This document shows positions 50,041 to 61,699 of a stretch of DNA of 64,000 bases, piece by piece (positions within the stretch are counted from its first letter, which is position 1; each line of letters opens with the position of its first letter). The notes beneath the pieces were generated by a model. It was given only the letters and a program-made list of their open reading frames with translations, was not told where the DNA came from and searched no databases. Origin of the DNA: Chiloscyllium plagiosum (taxonomy: Eukaryota); contig NC_057718.1 in assembly GCF_004010195.1 (NCBI RefSeq), positions 105,168,300 through 105,232,299 of the forward strand. The letters run 5' to 3'. The position numbers and the translations under genes are program-made.

Positions 50041-50632
50041 TGTGTTTCCAACTTTGTGGTTTCTTATTGCAGAATCTCTCTGCAGTTACCCTTTATTTTT
50101 CAGGGGACAGTAAAATTCTCATAATTTGTGAACTTTTTTCGGTCAGCTTAACCACAGAATTGTAGAGAAGTTACAGCATACGAAGAGGCCATTCAATCCA
50201 TTGTGTCTACTCTAGCTGAATAAATTTATGATTTGGACATGCCGGTGTTGGACTGGATTGTACAAAGTTAAAAGTCACGCAACACCAGGTTATAGTCCAC
50301 CAGGTTTATTTGGAAGCACTAGCTTTTGGAGTGCTGCTCCTTCAGCAGGTGGGTGTGGTGTATAAGTTCGTTTCTTACAATCTTATTGCAGAATTTGTGA
50401 TTTTTTTTAAACTGAATAAATTTGGTCACCTATTCCAACCCCACTTTCCAGTACCTTGTTCATATCCTTGCTGGTTCCAGCATTTTAGGAGCAGATGCAG
50501 TTTCCTTTTAAATGAGTTGGGAGTTTGCACCTAAGCCACCAAACTGGGCAGTGAATTGCAGACTCATCCCACTCTCTAGGTGAAAGGTTTTTCCTCATGT
50601 CCCCTCTAATCCTTCCACCAACCATTGTAAAT

Positions 50633-50944
50633 GGGCGGCACAGTGGCTCAGTGGTTAGCACTGCTGCCTCGCAGCACCAGGGTCCCAGGTTTGATTCCAG
50701 CATCGGGGGACTGTCTGTGTGGAGTTTGCACATTCTCCCTGTGTCTGCGTGGGTTTCCTCCGGGTGCTCCGGTTTCTTCCCACAGTCCAAAGATGTGCCA
50801 GTCAGGTGAATTGGCCATGCTAAATTGCTCACAATGCATTAGTCAGAGGGCAATGGGTCTGGGTGGGTTACTCTTCAGAGGGTTGGTGTGGACTGGTTGG
50901 GCCGAAGGGCCTACTTCCCCACTGTAAGTAATCTAATCTAAATC
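50633..50944 (+). mobile_element. HE1-type V-SINE
   Basis: gggcggcacagtggctcagtggttagc start, (aatct)n tail. Confidence 0.88.
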
Positions 50945-51024
50945 TCCAGGGATCTCTGGATATGCATTTCTTCCACTAGAAAAAACAGGTCCTGTCCACC
51001 CTTTCCATGTCCTTCTCTATTTTG

Positions 51025-52203
51025 AGGAGAAAGTGAGGTCTGCAGATGCTGGAGATTAGAGCTGAAAATGTGTTGCTGGAACAGCGCAGCAGGTCAGGCA
51101 GCATCCAGGGAATGGGGGAATCGACATTTTGGGCATAAGCCCTTCTTCAGGAATGAGGGAAGTGTGTCCAGCCGGCTAAGATAAAAGGTAGGGAGGAGGG
51201 ACTTGGGGGAGGGGCGTTGGAAATGCGATAGCTGGCAAGAGGTCAAGGTGAGGGTGATAGGTCAGTCTGGGGTGGGGGCGGAGAATCAGGAAGAAGATTG
51301 CAGGTTAGGAAGGCGGTGCTGAGTTCGATGGATTTGACTGAGGAAGGGCAAAATAGCCTACTCCTGCACCTATTGTCTATTGTCTAAAGGAGAACCAAAT
51401 GAGTTTCTCCGAAAATCAACAACAGTTTCGTGGTCATCATTAGACTCTTAACCCTAGATTTTGTTTTTAATTAAATACAAATTTGACCATCTGCCATAGC
51501 AGAATTCAAACCTGGGTTTCCAGAACATTACCAGGGTCTCAGGGTTAACACTGCAGCGATAATACCACAAGGCCCCTGCCTCCTCTACATCTCCTGACAG
51601 TGCAGCGAGAAATGTCAACATGTGTGAGGTGCTCAGGTACTAAAGTGGGTCTTGAACTCTTAACCGCTGTCTCAGGGAAAGTGTGCTACCACTGAGATAA
51701 AGGACAATTTCCTCCATGTTTAGGTCTTCCGCGGCGTTGGAAAGTTTGACTTTGAAAGATAAAAACCCATGACAATTCTGCAAATCCCTGCCTTTGATCA
51801 GTGTCATTAAATAATACAGCAGATGCCCACAGAACGTGATTTGAGACTGCGGTGTTATTCACTCCATTGTCACTGCTGTTTTCCAACAGCTCAAAGTCAT
51901 TTAATAACTGAGTCATTTGTCTCAGTCAAATCCATCGAATTCAGCACCGCCTTCCTAACCTGCAATCTTCTTCCCGACCTCTCCGCCCCCACCCCAGTCT
52001 GACCTATCACCCTCACCTTGACCTCTTTCCACCTATCGCATTTCCGACGCCCCTCCCCCAAGTCCCTCCTCCCTACCTTTTATCTTAGCCTGCTGGACAC
52101 ACTTTCCTCATTCCTGAAGAAGGGCTTATGCCCGAAACGTCGATTCCCCTGTTCCCTGGATGCTGCCTGACCTGCTGCACTGTTCCAGCAACACATTTTC
52201 AGC
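51025..52203. mobile_element. Fold-back PLE-derived element enclosing ~570 bp of unrelated sequence
   Basis: Arms 51025-51342 and 51917-52203, same family as 42311-42937. 14-bp TSD ccttctctattttg at 51011-51024 and 52204-52217. Intact hammerhead core at 52114-52141. Confidence 0.9.
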
Positions 52204-52483
52204 CCTTCTCTATTTTGTAAATCTCAATAAATCAGCTTCTTCTAAGGAAAACAACCCAAGCCTATCCAATCTTCCCACCAACCTGCAATTTTCAAGCCCT
52301 GGCAACATTCTTGTTAATCTCCTGTCTGCTCTCTCTAAAGCGATTATGTTCTTCCTGTAATCTGATGACTAGAACTGTACACAACTCCAGCTGTGGTCGA
52401 ACTAATGTTATATAGTTACAGCATTGCATCCTGCTTTTGTATTCAATACCTCACCCACCTGAAGGAAAGAATCCCTTTTACTA

Positions 52484-52975
52484 CAGGCAAATTACTGCAA
52501 ATGCTGGAATCTGTTCTGAAAACAAAAAGTGCTGGAGATCACAGCGGTGCATCCCTGGAGCAAAAGCAAGCTAATGTTTCAAGTCTAGATGACTCTATCA
52601 GAGCTGAAATGAAGCGAGGACGGGACAGCATTTACGCTATAGTGGGGTGGGTGGAGTGCTAGGGGAGAAAGAATGTTGACAATTCACATAAGTGATCTGA
52701 GTGTGAGAATGGCAGAACAATGGTGTGTCTAACTGCCAGACTGGAAAGGTCAGACAGTCCCATTGATGTGGGGGAGGGGAGAGAGAGCATGGTGACAGAG
52801 AATGTAAAAAGCAAAACTAAAAGGAATGGGTTCACAATTTGACGGCATGTACTCAGTATTGAGTCCAGAAGGTGTAAAGTGCCTAGTCTGAAGATGAGAT
52901 GTTGTTCCCCCAGTTTTCACTGTGATTCACTGGAGCATTGCAGCATGCTGAGGACAGACGTGGGCATGTGAGCAG
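52484..52975 (-). mobile_element. Penelope-like element 3' end
   Basis: Reverse complement encodes ...KLGEQHLIFRLGTL..., as in the 56745-58157 element. Imperfect TSD gaatccct(t/c)ttacta at 52469-52483 and 52976-52990. Confidence 0.7.
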
Positions 52976-55900
52976 GAATCCCTCTTACTATTTTATCCAG
53001 TACTTTCCTTAGTCATCCTCTTGCTCTGATAAAGCATCTTTGCATTTTCTTTAATTATACCAATCAATTTTTAAAAATACTTTCTTTGCTTTCTTAATTT
53101 CCTTTTATTATTTCATGCTTGTACTTTCTATACTCCTTCAAACTTCCCAAGTTTTTTTTAAATTTGTCATAAGCTCCATTTCTCTGCTTTGTCCATACTT
53201 CTGGATAATCAGGGGACTCTGAATTTGGATGTACCATCCTCATATTTGCAGTGTGCTCTTTTGAAGGCCTCCCACGGATTTTCTTACAAGTAACTAACAC
53301 TATAGATCATCTCTCAGCTTTGCAAAGATGGCCTTAAGCCCCAATTTAGAATATTTACTTTTATCTTTGACCCTTTCAAAATAATGCTCAATTTTCTCTG
53401 TAATTATGATCTACTACAATATCCACCTGTCCCCTCATATCTTATTCCCTTCAATAACCTGCTTGAAAGCTCTATATCCAGGGAATGTTGAGTTGCCACT
53501 CTTGCTTCTCTTTAAACCAAGTTTACGTGATTGCAACGATCTCGTGCTGCTATGTGTCAATCTGTGCCCTCAGCACATTGGCCTTATTCTCTGTACTATT
53601 TATATTTACATTATATATCTTTTAATGCTGCCACTTTTCTGTGGTGTATATTTTACTAACCTCTGCTTCATCTGTCTTTCAGAGTCACTCACTTTAAACT
53701 TCTGTCTCCCGATGCCTGCTCTGAATCTGCCTACAGTTTCCTATCCTATGCCAATTAACTTTAAATCCTAACCTACAACAGAAGTAAATTTCCCTACAAG
53801 GATATTTATCCTGCTGCAGTTCAGATGTACACCATCTGGCTTGTACAGTTTCCATCTCCTCCAGAACCAGTACCAGTGCCCCAGAAATCTGACACCCACC
53901 CTCTGACATCAGCCTTTGAGTTCATGTTCAATGGCTCAGTTCTGTGATTACCAACATGTAGGACGACCCAATCCCAATCCAATTTCTGAGACTAACTGGA
54001 TTGGGTTTCTTGGGTATTTTTGCAACAAACTGTTGCTTAGAAATAAAGAGAAATGAATAATTAAAGGAATTTGAATGTCTGGAGGGGTTTCTGTAAAGGA
54101 AGTCTGAAAATCTCTGCTATGATGGAATGTCTGGAACTGTATGTTATTTACTTACTAATGATCTGCACAAATTCAGTTGTTATTTGAGATTTGATAAAAG
54201 GGCTTTGTTGTTAACTCTATTTTTCTCTTCACAGATGCTCCCAGATCTGCCCAGTATTTGCAGCATTTTATCTATAATTCAGATTTCTTTGTTTTCCGTG
54301 ACCTGTTTTTGTTGTCTGTCTCTATCTAATGTTGAAGACTAACAATTTTAATGATAATTGGCATCCTTTGTGCCTAAACATTCAACATTGAATTAAGAGA
54401 CTGATATTGTGGTAATATCACCAAACTAGCAATAGGGACCTAGCATTGTAGACATTGTAAACTCAAAGTAAAGCTTCATCAACATTCAGTTTAAAAGAAG
54501 AGTAGAGACCTGACCTAATGTTCTTGGGACATGGGTTCAGTTCCAGCTGGTGGAACAAATTTCCACATTTGATTAATGGAACCTGAAAGCTGATCTCGGT
54601 GGTGAGAACCATGAAATTATCAACTGTCATCAAACTAATTCTGTTTGGTGAACAGAAGGGAATCTACCATCCTTACCCTGGTCTGGCCAGCTACTTGGTT
54701 CTCACTGAGACTTTAACAGCACCTTCCAAATCACTACATCCAGAATGACTCTGAACACCACCACCTGCGAGTCCCCTTCAAGTCTCACACCATCCTGACT
54801 TAAAAATCCTGAATGAAATCCTTCAATTCCTTTCCTCACAGCACAGTGAGTGTTCGTACACACTGGTTCAAAAAGGCAGCTTTCCATCACTTACTTGAGC
54901 ACAATCAGTGCTAGGCAATAAATGATGGCCCAGCCAATACTGCCCACAAGCCATAATGATTTTTTAAAACATAAATCAGCAATTCACTAATTGCAGTTGC
55001 AAAGCACAATACATGTGTCTTGCTGAGCAATCAGGACAGGCAACAATTTATGTATCTCTTCTCCCCTGCATTACCTATAACTCATTATACAGCTACTCTT
55101 GTTTGCAATAATTTAAACCATGTGACCTCAAAGTTTGAAGGATGTTTGATATTATTAGCTAGTAATGCCCCTTCCTAATCTAAAGCTTCAGTGCCCCACA
55201 TGGTTTGCTTTACATAGAGCTCCTTGTGACTGTCCTGAAATCAGATGTGTCTGAGGAAATTGTAATTATTAATAGTACCAAGTTTCATAAAGATTATGGT
55301 CTGCAAAGAATTCTAGTACTGTATATGAAATTGTGATTAGTTTTCTTAATAAGGTGTTGTAGTGGTACCTCTGCTCGTGTAACATGCATTCTTTGACAGC
55401 TCTGCTGTGATCCACATTAAGGTAAAAGTAAAGGTAAGTCGCTGTAGTCCTTAATGGACCGTAGGGCTGCTCTCTTCCTGGTGGTCATTCAGCCAGAGGG
55501 TCACAGGTGAGGGAAGATGTTGAGGAGAGTCCTTCATTGCAGCATCAGCTGGTGTAGAAATTGTACCCACTCTGTTATTACTCTGCATTATGAACCAACT
55601 GTCCAGACCCCCATGTCAAGATCAGATAAGCAACACTTCTTTCAGCTTCACTGAGTTTCAGATATTTTCCCTCAAGCTCACGTCTGGACCTTCCTGGCAC
55701 AGACATATCATTAGAGTCTTGTTACACTTGTCGGTTCTACTACTCAAATGATTGCACCCTACAAATTCCATTTAATCCTTCAACCTTGTTCCAACTTTTG
55801 ATTCGCTCACAGCTAGTCTGTAAAGCTAAAACTAATCACCTCAGTTCTTTAACACTTAATCCCCCTACTCAGCAAAAATCTATCATCCAGTTTCAAAATT

Positions 55901-56744
55901 CACCCTCTCATGGGCAATTAGTGAAAATAAATCTTCCAACTGTGGTTCTAGTATTTTAATGTAAGTCTTTTTTCATTTCAACCATTTACTGGAAGAGGAA
56001 TGGGGGAGACACAAAGAAATGCATAAGGGGCTGGGGGGGGGCTTGTGAGAGTGGAAAGCATACACTAGAGAAAGGAAACCAAGGACAGGAGATATTCTAA
56101 AGCCTTAGGAGGAGTAGAGGCAAAGTAAACACAGTTGAAAGGAGGGACAGATCATTGCATGGGTTCAAAATCTGGGAAAAGAATTACTTAGTCAACAGAA
56201 TATATTTCTCCATGGTAACGCAGTTTATTTTCCATTTTGAATCACATTTACTTTGCTATAAATGATGAAAGGTTTTGGCTCCAAAGGCAGCTGGCTGCCT
56301 TTCAGGTTTTTTTCCCCCTGCTATTGCCTAAGATATTCCTGTAATGCTTTTCCCAGGAGCAACAAATTCCTGGTAAAGGTCAGCAGTTTTAGCCTTACAT
56401 TATACACTGCTGTACACTTAAATTAGGCAGATGATGCTGCACAAAGCACACATAAATCCACGACAGTGCTGGCAACGAATGGGAATCTGCTACTTGTTGG
56501 TTATATCTCTCTCTCTCATGCACCTCCATTTGCTGAACATGGTCATTCTTTTCCCTGTCAGTGTTACATCAGTGACTGACAGCAACAAGGAGCAAAGGAA
56601 GATGAGGACAAAGACTGATTCTTCAATCAGCCAGGATCTTACTGAACAGCAGAGTAAGCATCAAGGTCTAATTTTCCTATTTTTTTCAGCATACTGAGTT
56701 AAAAATGTTATGGTGTTGGTGAGAGTGAGGTGAAGTAGGTACAT

Positions 56745-58157
56745 TGCTGAAGCCAGATGCCAACTCGAAGACACCTCCTCCTACCACCCCCTCGACCATG
56801 ACCTCACCACCCCAACCCCATCCCCAATCACCCAGACCATACACAACCTCACCCATAGCTTCCAACCTACCAGTTCAGGAACCCTGCACCACCCAATTCT
56901 ACCTCCTTCCCAAGACCCATCATCTCAGCCTGCTCTTGCCCCACCGAATTCATTTCCACCCACCACTATACTGTCCTATCCCTCTGGTCTAGGAACTCCC
57001 CACGTGTTCAGAAAACCATCCACGCCCTTCACCCTCTAAGACTTCTGTTTCCCCGGCCCCACAACACTTCATCTTCACCATGGACATCCAATCCATATAC
57101 GCCTCCATCTGCCGTGAACAGGGCCTCCAAGCCCTCTGCTTCTTCCTCTCCCGACGTCCCCAACAGTACCCTTCCACCGACACACTCATTTGTTTGGCTG
57201 AACTGTCCTCACCCTCAACAATTTCTTCTTCGAATCCTCCCTCTTCCTCCGGATGAAAGGGGTAGCCATGGGCACCCGTATGGGCCCCAGCTATGCCTGT
57301 CTCTTTGTTGGCTACGTAGAACAGTCCATCTTCCGTAGTTACACCTGCACCACTCCCCACTTCTTCCTCCGCTGCATTGGCACCACCTCGTGATCCCACG
57401 AGGAGGTTGAGCAGTTCATCAACTTCACCAACACATTCCACCCGACCTTAAATTCACCATCTCTGACACCTCCCTCACCTTCCTAGACCTCTCAATCAAT
57501 GATGACCGACTCAACACTGACATTTTCTACAAACCCACTGACTCCCACAACTACCTGGATTACACCTCCTCCCACCCACCTCCTGCATAAATGCTATCCC
57601 ATATTCCCAATTCCTCCGCCTCATCTGCTCCCAGGAGGACTAGTTCCACCACAGAACACACTAGATGGCCTCCTTCTTTAAAGACCAAATTTCCCCTCCC
57701 AAGTGGTTGAAAATGCCCTCCAATGCATCTCATCCACATCCCACCCCTCCCAAAGGAGCCTTCCACATCCAAAGTTTCACCTGCACATCCACCAATGTCA
57801 TTTATTGTATCAGTTGCTCCCGCTGCGATCTCCTCTACATTGGGGAGACCGGATGCCTTCTCGCAGAGCACTTTAGGGAACATCTCCAGGATACCCGCAC
57901 CAATCAACCCCACTGCCCCGTGGTCAAACATTTCAACTCCCCCTCCCACTCTGCAGAGGACTTGCAGGTCCTGGGCCTCTTCCACCATCACTCCCTCACC
58001 ACCCAATGCCTGGAGGAAGAACACCTCATCTTTTGACTCGTGACCCTTCAACCCCAGGGCATCAATGTGGGCTTCACCAGTTTCCTCATTTCCCCTCCCA
58101 CCATCTTACCCCAGTTCCAAACTTCCAGCTCAGCACCATCCTCATGACCTGTCCCAC
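56745..58157 (+). mobile_element. Penelope-like element ORF remnant (RT + GIY-YIG)
   Basis: Frameshifted FTMDIQSIY, KGVAMGTRMGPSYACLFVGYVE and FTCTSTNVIYCISCSRCDLLYIGETGCLLAEHFREH (GIY-YIG). Confidence 0.9.
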
Positions 58158-58345
58158 ATGGTACTGTCAGAACAGAGCTAATTTGTGACTGAATACTGAA
58201 GTTACCCAGCCTGAGTACTTGATCTACCCTCAGTACTTTTTCCAGTACATTTAACTAAAGAAAGAGAGTGCCTTCATGTTGAGAAGATGGAGCTGGTTTC
58301 CATGACTATAATTGATCTGATGTCTTTGGGATGAAATCCTTAGGA

Positions 58346-58826
58346 TTTATTGCCAACAATTAGCAAATCTTCAGCAGAACACAAAAAACTTTTCACATTG
58401 CATTTTATTATTGTTCAAAGACCGTGTATAAAGTATGTACTAGCTTTGAACATAAACTTTTAACCACTTTAATGCTGGAAACAATTTAACACAAAGTTGA
58501 ATAATTTTTAAGAACCAGACTGAATTGAGAGTATTGTTAAAAGAACAAAATTCAATCACAATACAACATTGGGCTGTTTAAATACAAGTGCTTAGAGCTC
58601 TCTGCAGGTCATGATTTTGAAATCTCCACAAAAAATGGCAACAAAGTACATTTTAACACAGTAAACATATTGAAAACAGCTACCTGGAAGAGGCAAGTCA
58701 TTTCACACCCAATGTTATCATGTACTCCTAGCAATTTAATGCACATAAAATGTATGAATCACATGGGTAACGCATTACATGATAAAATGAAGCACTTTCA
58801 GTAGATTAGAGTCACAACTGTCCCTT
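58346..58826 (-). other. ugp2: UGP2 3' UTR with poly(A) signals
   Basis: TTTATT (AATAAA on - strand) at 58404-58409 and 58346-58351, downstream of the UGP2 stop. Confidence 0.6.
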
Positions 58827-58934
58827 TTAGTGGTCCAGGATTCGTAGATTACCTGAAACAATCTTATTTTCCAATACAGCTCCAGGGGGTATGTCAATCC
58901 TATCACCATGATTTGCAATAATTATAACTGTTCC
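58827..58934 (-). CDS. ugp2: UGP2 last coding exon, stop TAA at 58829-58827
   Basis: Reverse complement: t[37 protein letters not shown], the recalled C-terminus of vertebrate UGP2. 108 nt, phase 0. Confidence 0.97.
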   Translation of the reverse strand, partial: GTVIIIANHGDRIDIPPGAVLENKIVSGNLRILDH

Positions 58935-60003
58935 CTAAATACAGAAAAATAAGTGTAATTATAGGTACACAAGATTAAAAATCAAAATTATTCCAAGTAT
59001 CTTAGATGTAATCATAATTAGCAAAAAAGCCAATACTATCCTTAAAATACTTTTAAATCTACTCATTGTGCCATGTTAGGATTCTGGTTTTCCCTGAACA
59101 GCACACTTCAGAGATACATTAACTTTCCATTCCCAATGTGGTACCATGTCACTCATATCTATGATATTCTGAAACTTCTCAATCCCAAGATGTGACAATA
59201 TACACTAAATTATCATTTTGTTTTCTTTCTATAATACTCTTTGTTCTTTCATGAGATATCAAAACTATAAGACCCTATCTTCTTTTAGATGGATAGAAAA
59301 AGTCCCACTGTACTATTCATATAGCAGGGACATCTCCTTTGGGATCTTGCAGTAATATTCTAACTAATCTGTTCACCTATAAATCAACTTCTATAAGACA
59401 ACCCCATTTGTCCAGCTCTAAAAATACTTTTGCATATAGCTCCCTTTTGAGTCACATTAGTATCTGTGAGTTTAACACCCAAAAAATATGTTTTTATTCA
59501 TTTAGAGATGCAAGCTTCACTGGCTGACTAGCTTTTATTGTCCAGTTTTACTTACTGTAAGAAAGGTATCAAAGTTTGTGTTGCAAAGGTACGTGGGTTT
59601 AAGACACAGCCACTATGTCAAATACCAGTGACACTGCAAATTGGCAACTATCCACATTGACAGTTCACTTTAATACTTTTAAAAATTTGGGCAACTTGTT
59701 CAAAGAATTAAAAAGGTCAATGTATACATCAATAGTAATTTGTGACATTTTTGCAAAACTAAACAGCAGCTATAAAAATAGAAGTTACTCAATTACTTTG
59801 ACTTCTCATGGGCGGAAAAATGATTTGTCATAATTTAATCATCTGCACGCCTGCCTGAACTGTTCCTAAAAGGAATACTGCAGTTGCTGGTTTAGGTCAT
59901 GATATTACAATGTCACTGATTAGAAAATTCTGTAGTAGCAATTTAGAAGAATTAAATACACTCTTTATAATAAAGTTTCAACACACTAGAGTCCTTTACT
60001 GAC

Positions 60004-60108
60004 CTTCAATACAACATGCTTCCCAAAAGTGACATCCCCTGAAACAGTAAGGTGATCCAGTTCCAGTATATCTGGTATACTCTCCAGTCTCTTCAGGTAA
60101 TCTTGTAC
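60004..60108 (-). CDS. ugp2: UGP2 penultimate coding exon
   Basis: Reverse complement: cc[43 protein letters not shown]. 105 nt, phase 0/0. Confidence 0.96.
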
Positions 60109-60442
60109 CTGGTCAAAAATAATCAAGGCTTTGAGTTATTTTCATGTATAACCTGTCGTGTTGTTAGGGTTATTAACCCAAATGAACTGTATAGTATTAC
60201 TATAGCAAGCCGGACTAGCACTGAACGCAAAACCCACCTCTGGCACCAGTTCAGAGGAAAGTATTCTAGAACCTGCTCTTAGCATCATCGATCTTTGTTT
60301 TATATTCAGATTTTCTCAAAAATTAAATGCTAATCAGTAGGCGAAATACTCTATGACCATTGTCAATTTACAAGGTGACAGTTAAACATCGATAGAGGTG
60401 TTGCACCATGGTCAGCCGTCTTATCAGGCTACATAAAAACTG

Positions 60443-61259
60443 AAAAAAAACCTGCAGATGCTGTAAATCGAACAAAAACAACTTACTGGAGAAGTTCAGC
60501 AGGTCTGGCAACATCTATGTTTTGAGGAAAAGTCATTTGACCTGAAATGTTGACTTTGATTTCTCCCAGTCAGAAGTCACACCACACCAGCTTATATTCC
60601 AACAGGTTTATTTGAAATCAAACATTTTCAGAGCACTCCTCCTTCATCAGGTAAAGTCACTCCGCCTGACAAAGAGCAGTACTCCGAAAGCTCGGGATTT
60701 CAAATAAACTAGAATCTAGACTAGAATCTAATTCCTGATGAAGGGCTTTTGCCCCAACAACTCTCTTGCTAATCTGACGCTGCCTGACCTGCTGTGCTTT
60801 TCCAGCACCACACACTCGACTATAATCTGGTGTGGCATGATTTCTGACTTTGTCCACCCCAGTCCAACACCAGCATCTCCACGTCCTGATTTCTCTCCAC
60901 AGATGCTTCCAGATATGCTGAGCTTTTGTGGGCAGCACGGTGGCACAGTGGTTAGCACTGCTGCCTCACAGCACCAGAGACCAGGGTTCAATTCCCACCT
61001 CAGGCGACTGACTGTGTCTGCGTGGGTTTCCTCCGGGTGCTCCGGTTTCCTCCCACAGCCCAAAAATGTGCAAGTTAGGTGAATTGGCCACGCTAAATTG
61101 CCCGTAGTGTTAGACGAAGGGGTAAATATAGGGGAATGGGTCTGGGTGGGTTGCACTTCGGCAGGTCAGTGTGGACTTAGTGTGGAAACAGGCCCTTTGG
61201 CCCAACAAGTACTCTAATCTAAATAATAGACTTTTCCAGCAATTTCTGTTTTTGGTTCA
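60443..61259. mobile_element. Nested stack of PLE-derived elements and an HE1 SINE (UGP2 intron)
   Basis: Outer PLE-tail palindrome. Inner palindrome 60566-60886 with TSD tgatttctc (60557-60565, 60887-60895). Hammerhead-family fragment at about 60711-60817. SINE at 60930-61221. Confidence 0.7.
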
Positions 61260-61699
61260 TGTGCTGGCTATCAGACACGGTTAACAGATGGAAGTATGTT
61301 GTGATGTGGATTGTGAGCCACTGGAAGCAAGTCTATTGCCAGCATCATATTATCTAAGCAGCTCAATATGCAGTGTCATCAGCTGCTACACTGACCTATC
61401 GTTAAAATGAACTTGAATCTGCTGAGCAGTATTTCCTAATTGCAGACTAGATCAAATGACTGGAATATAGGTCATAAAACATTACACACACAGCCAGTGT
61501 GAAAGAAAACTCATCACGATACAGTTTATTTTTGTAGACTGCTATATCCAGGGAATAAACAGTCTTGGCCAGTGTATACCATTGCAGTTTGACACAATGT
61601 GTCTGTGTTATGAGACAAGTCCAGCTTCATGCTAGGAGCAAATCTTTCTATTTCCCAACCCACTCACCACCTCCTACGTACACTGCGGAATGGAATCAT

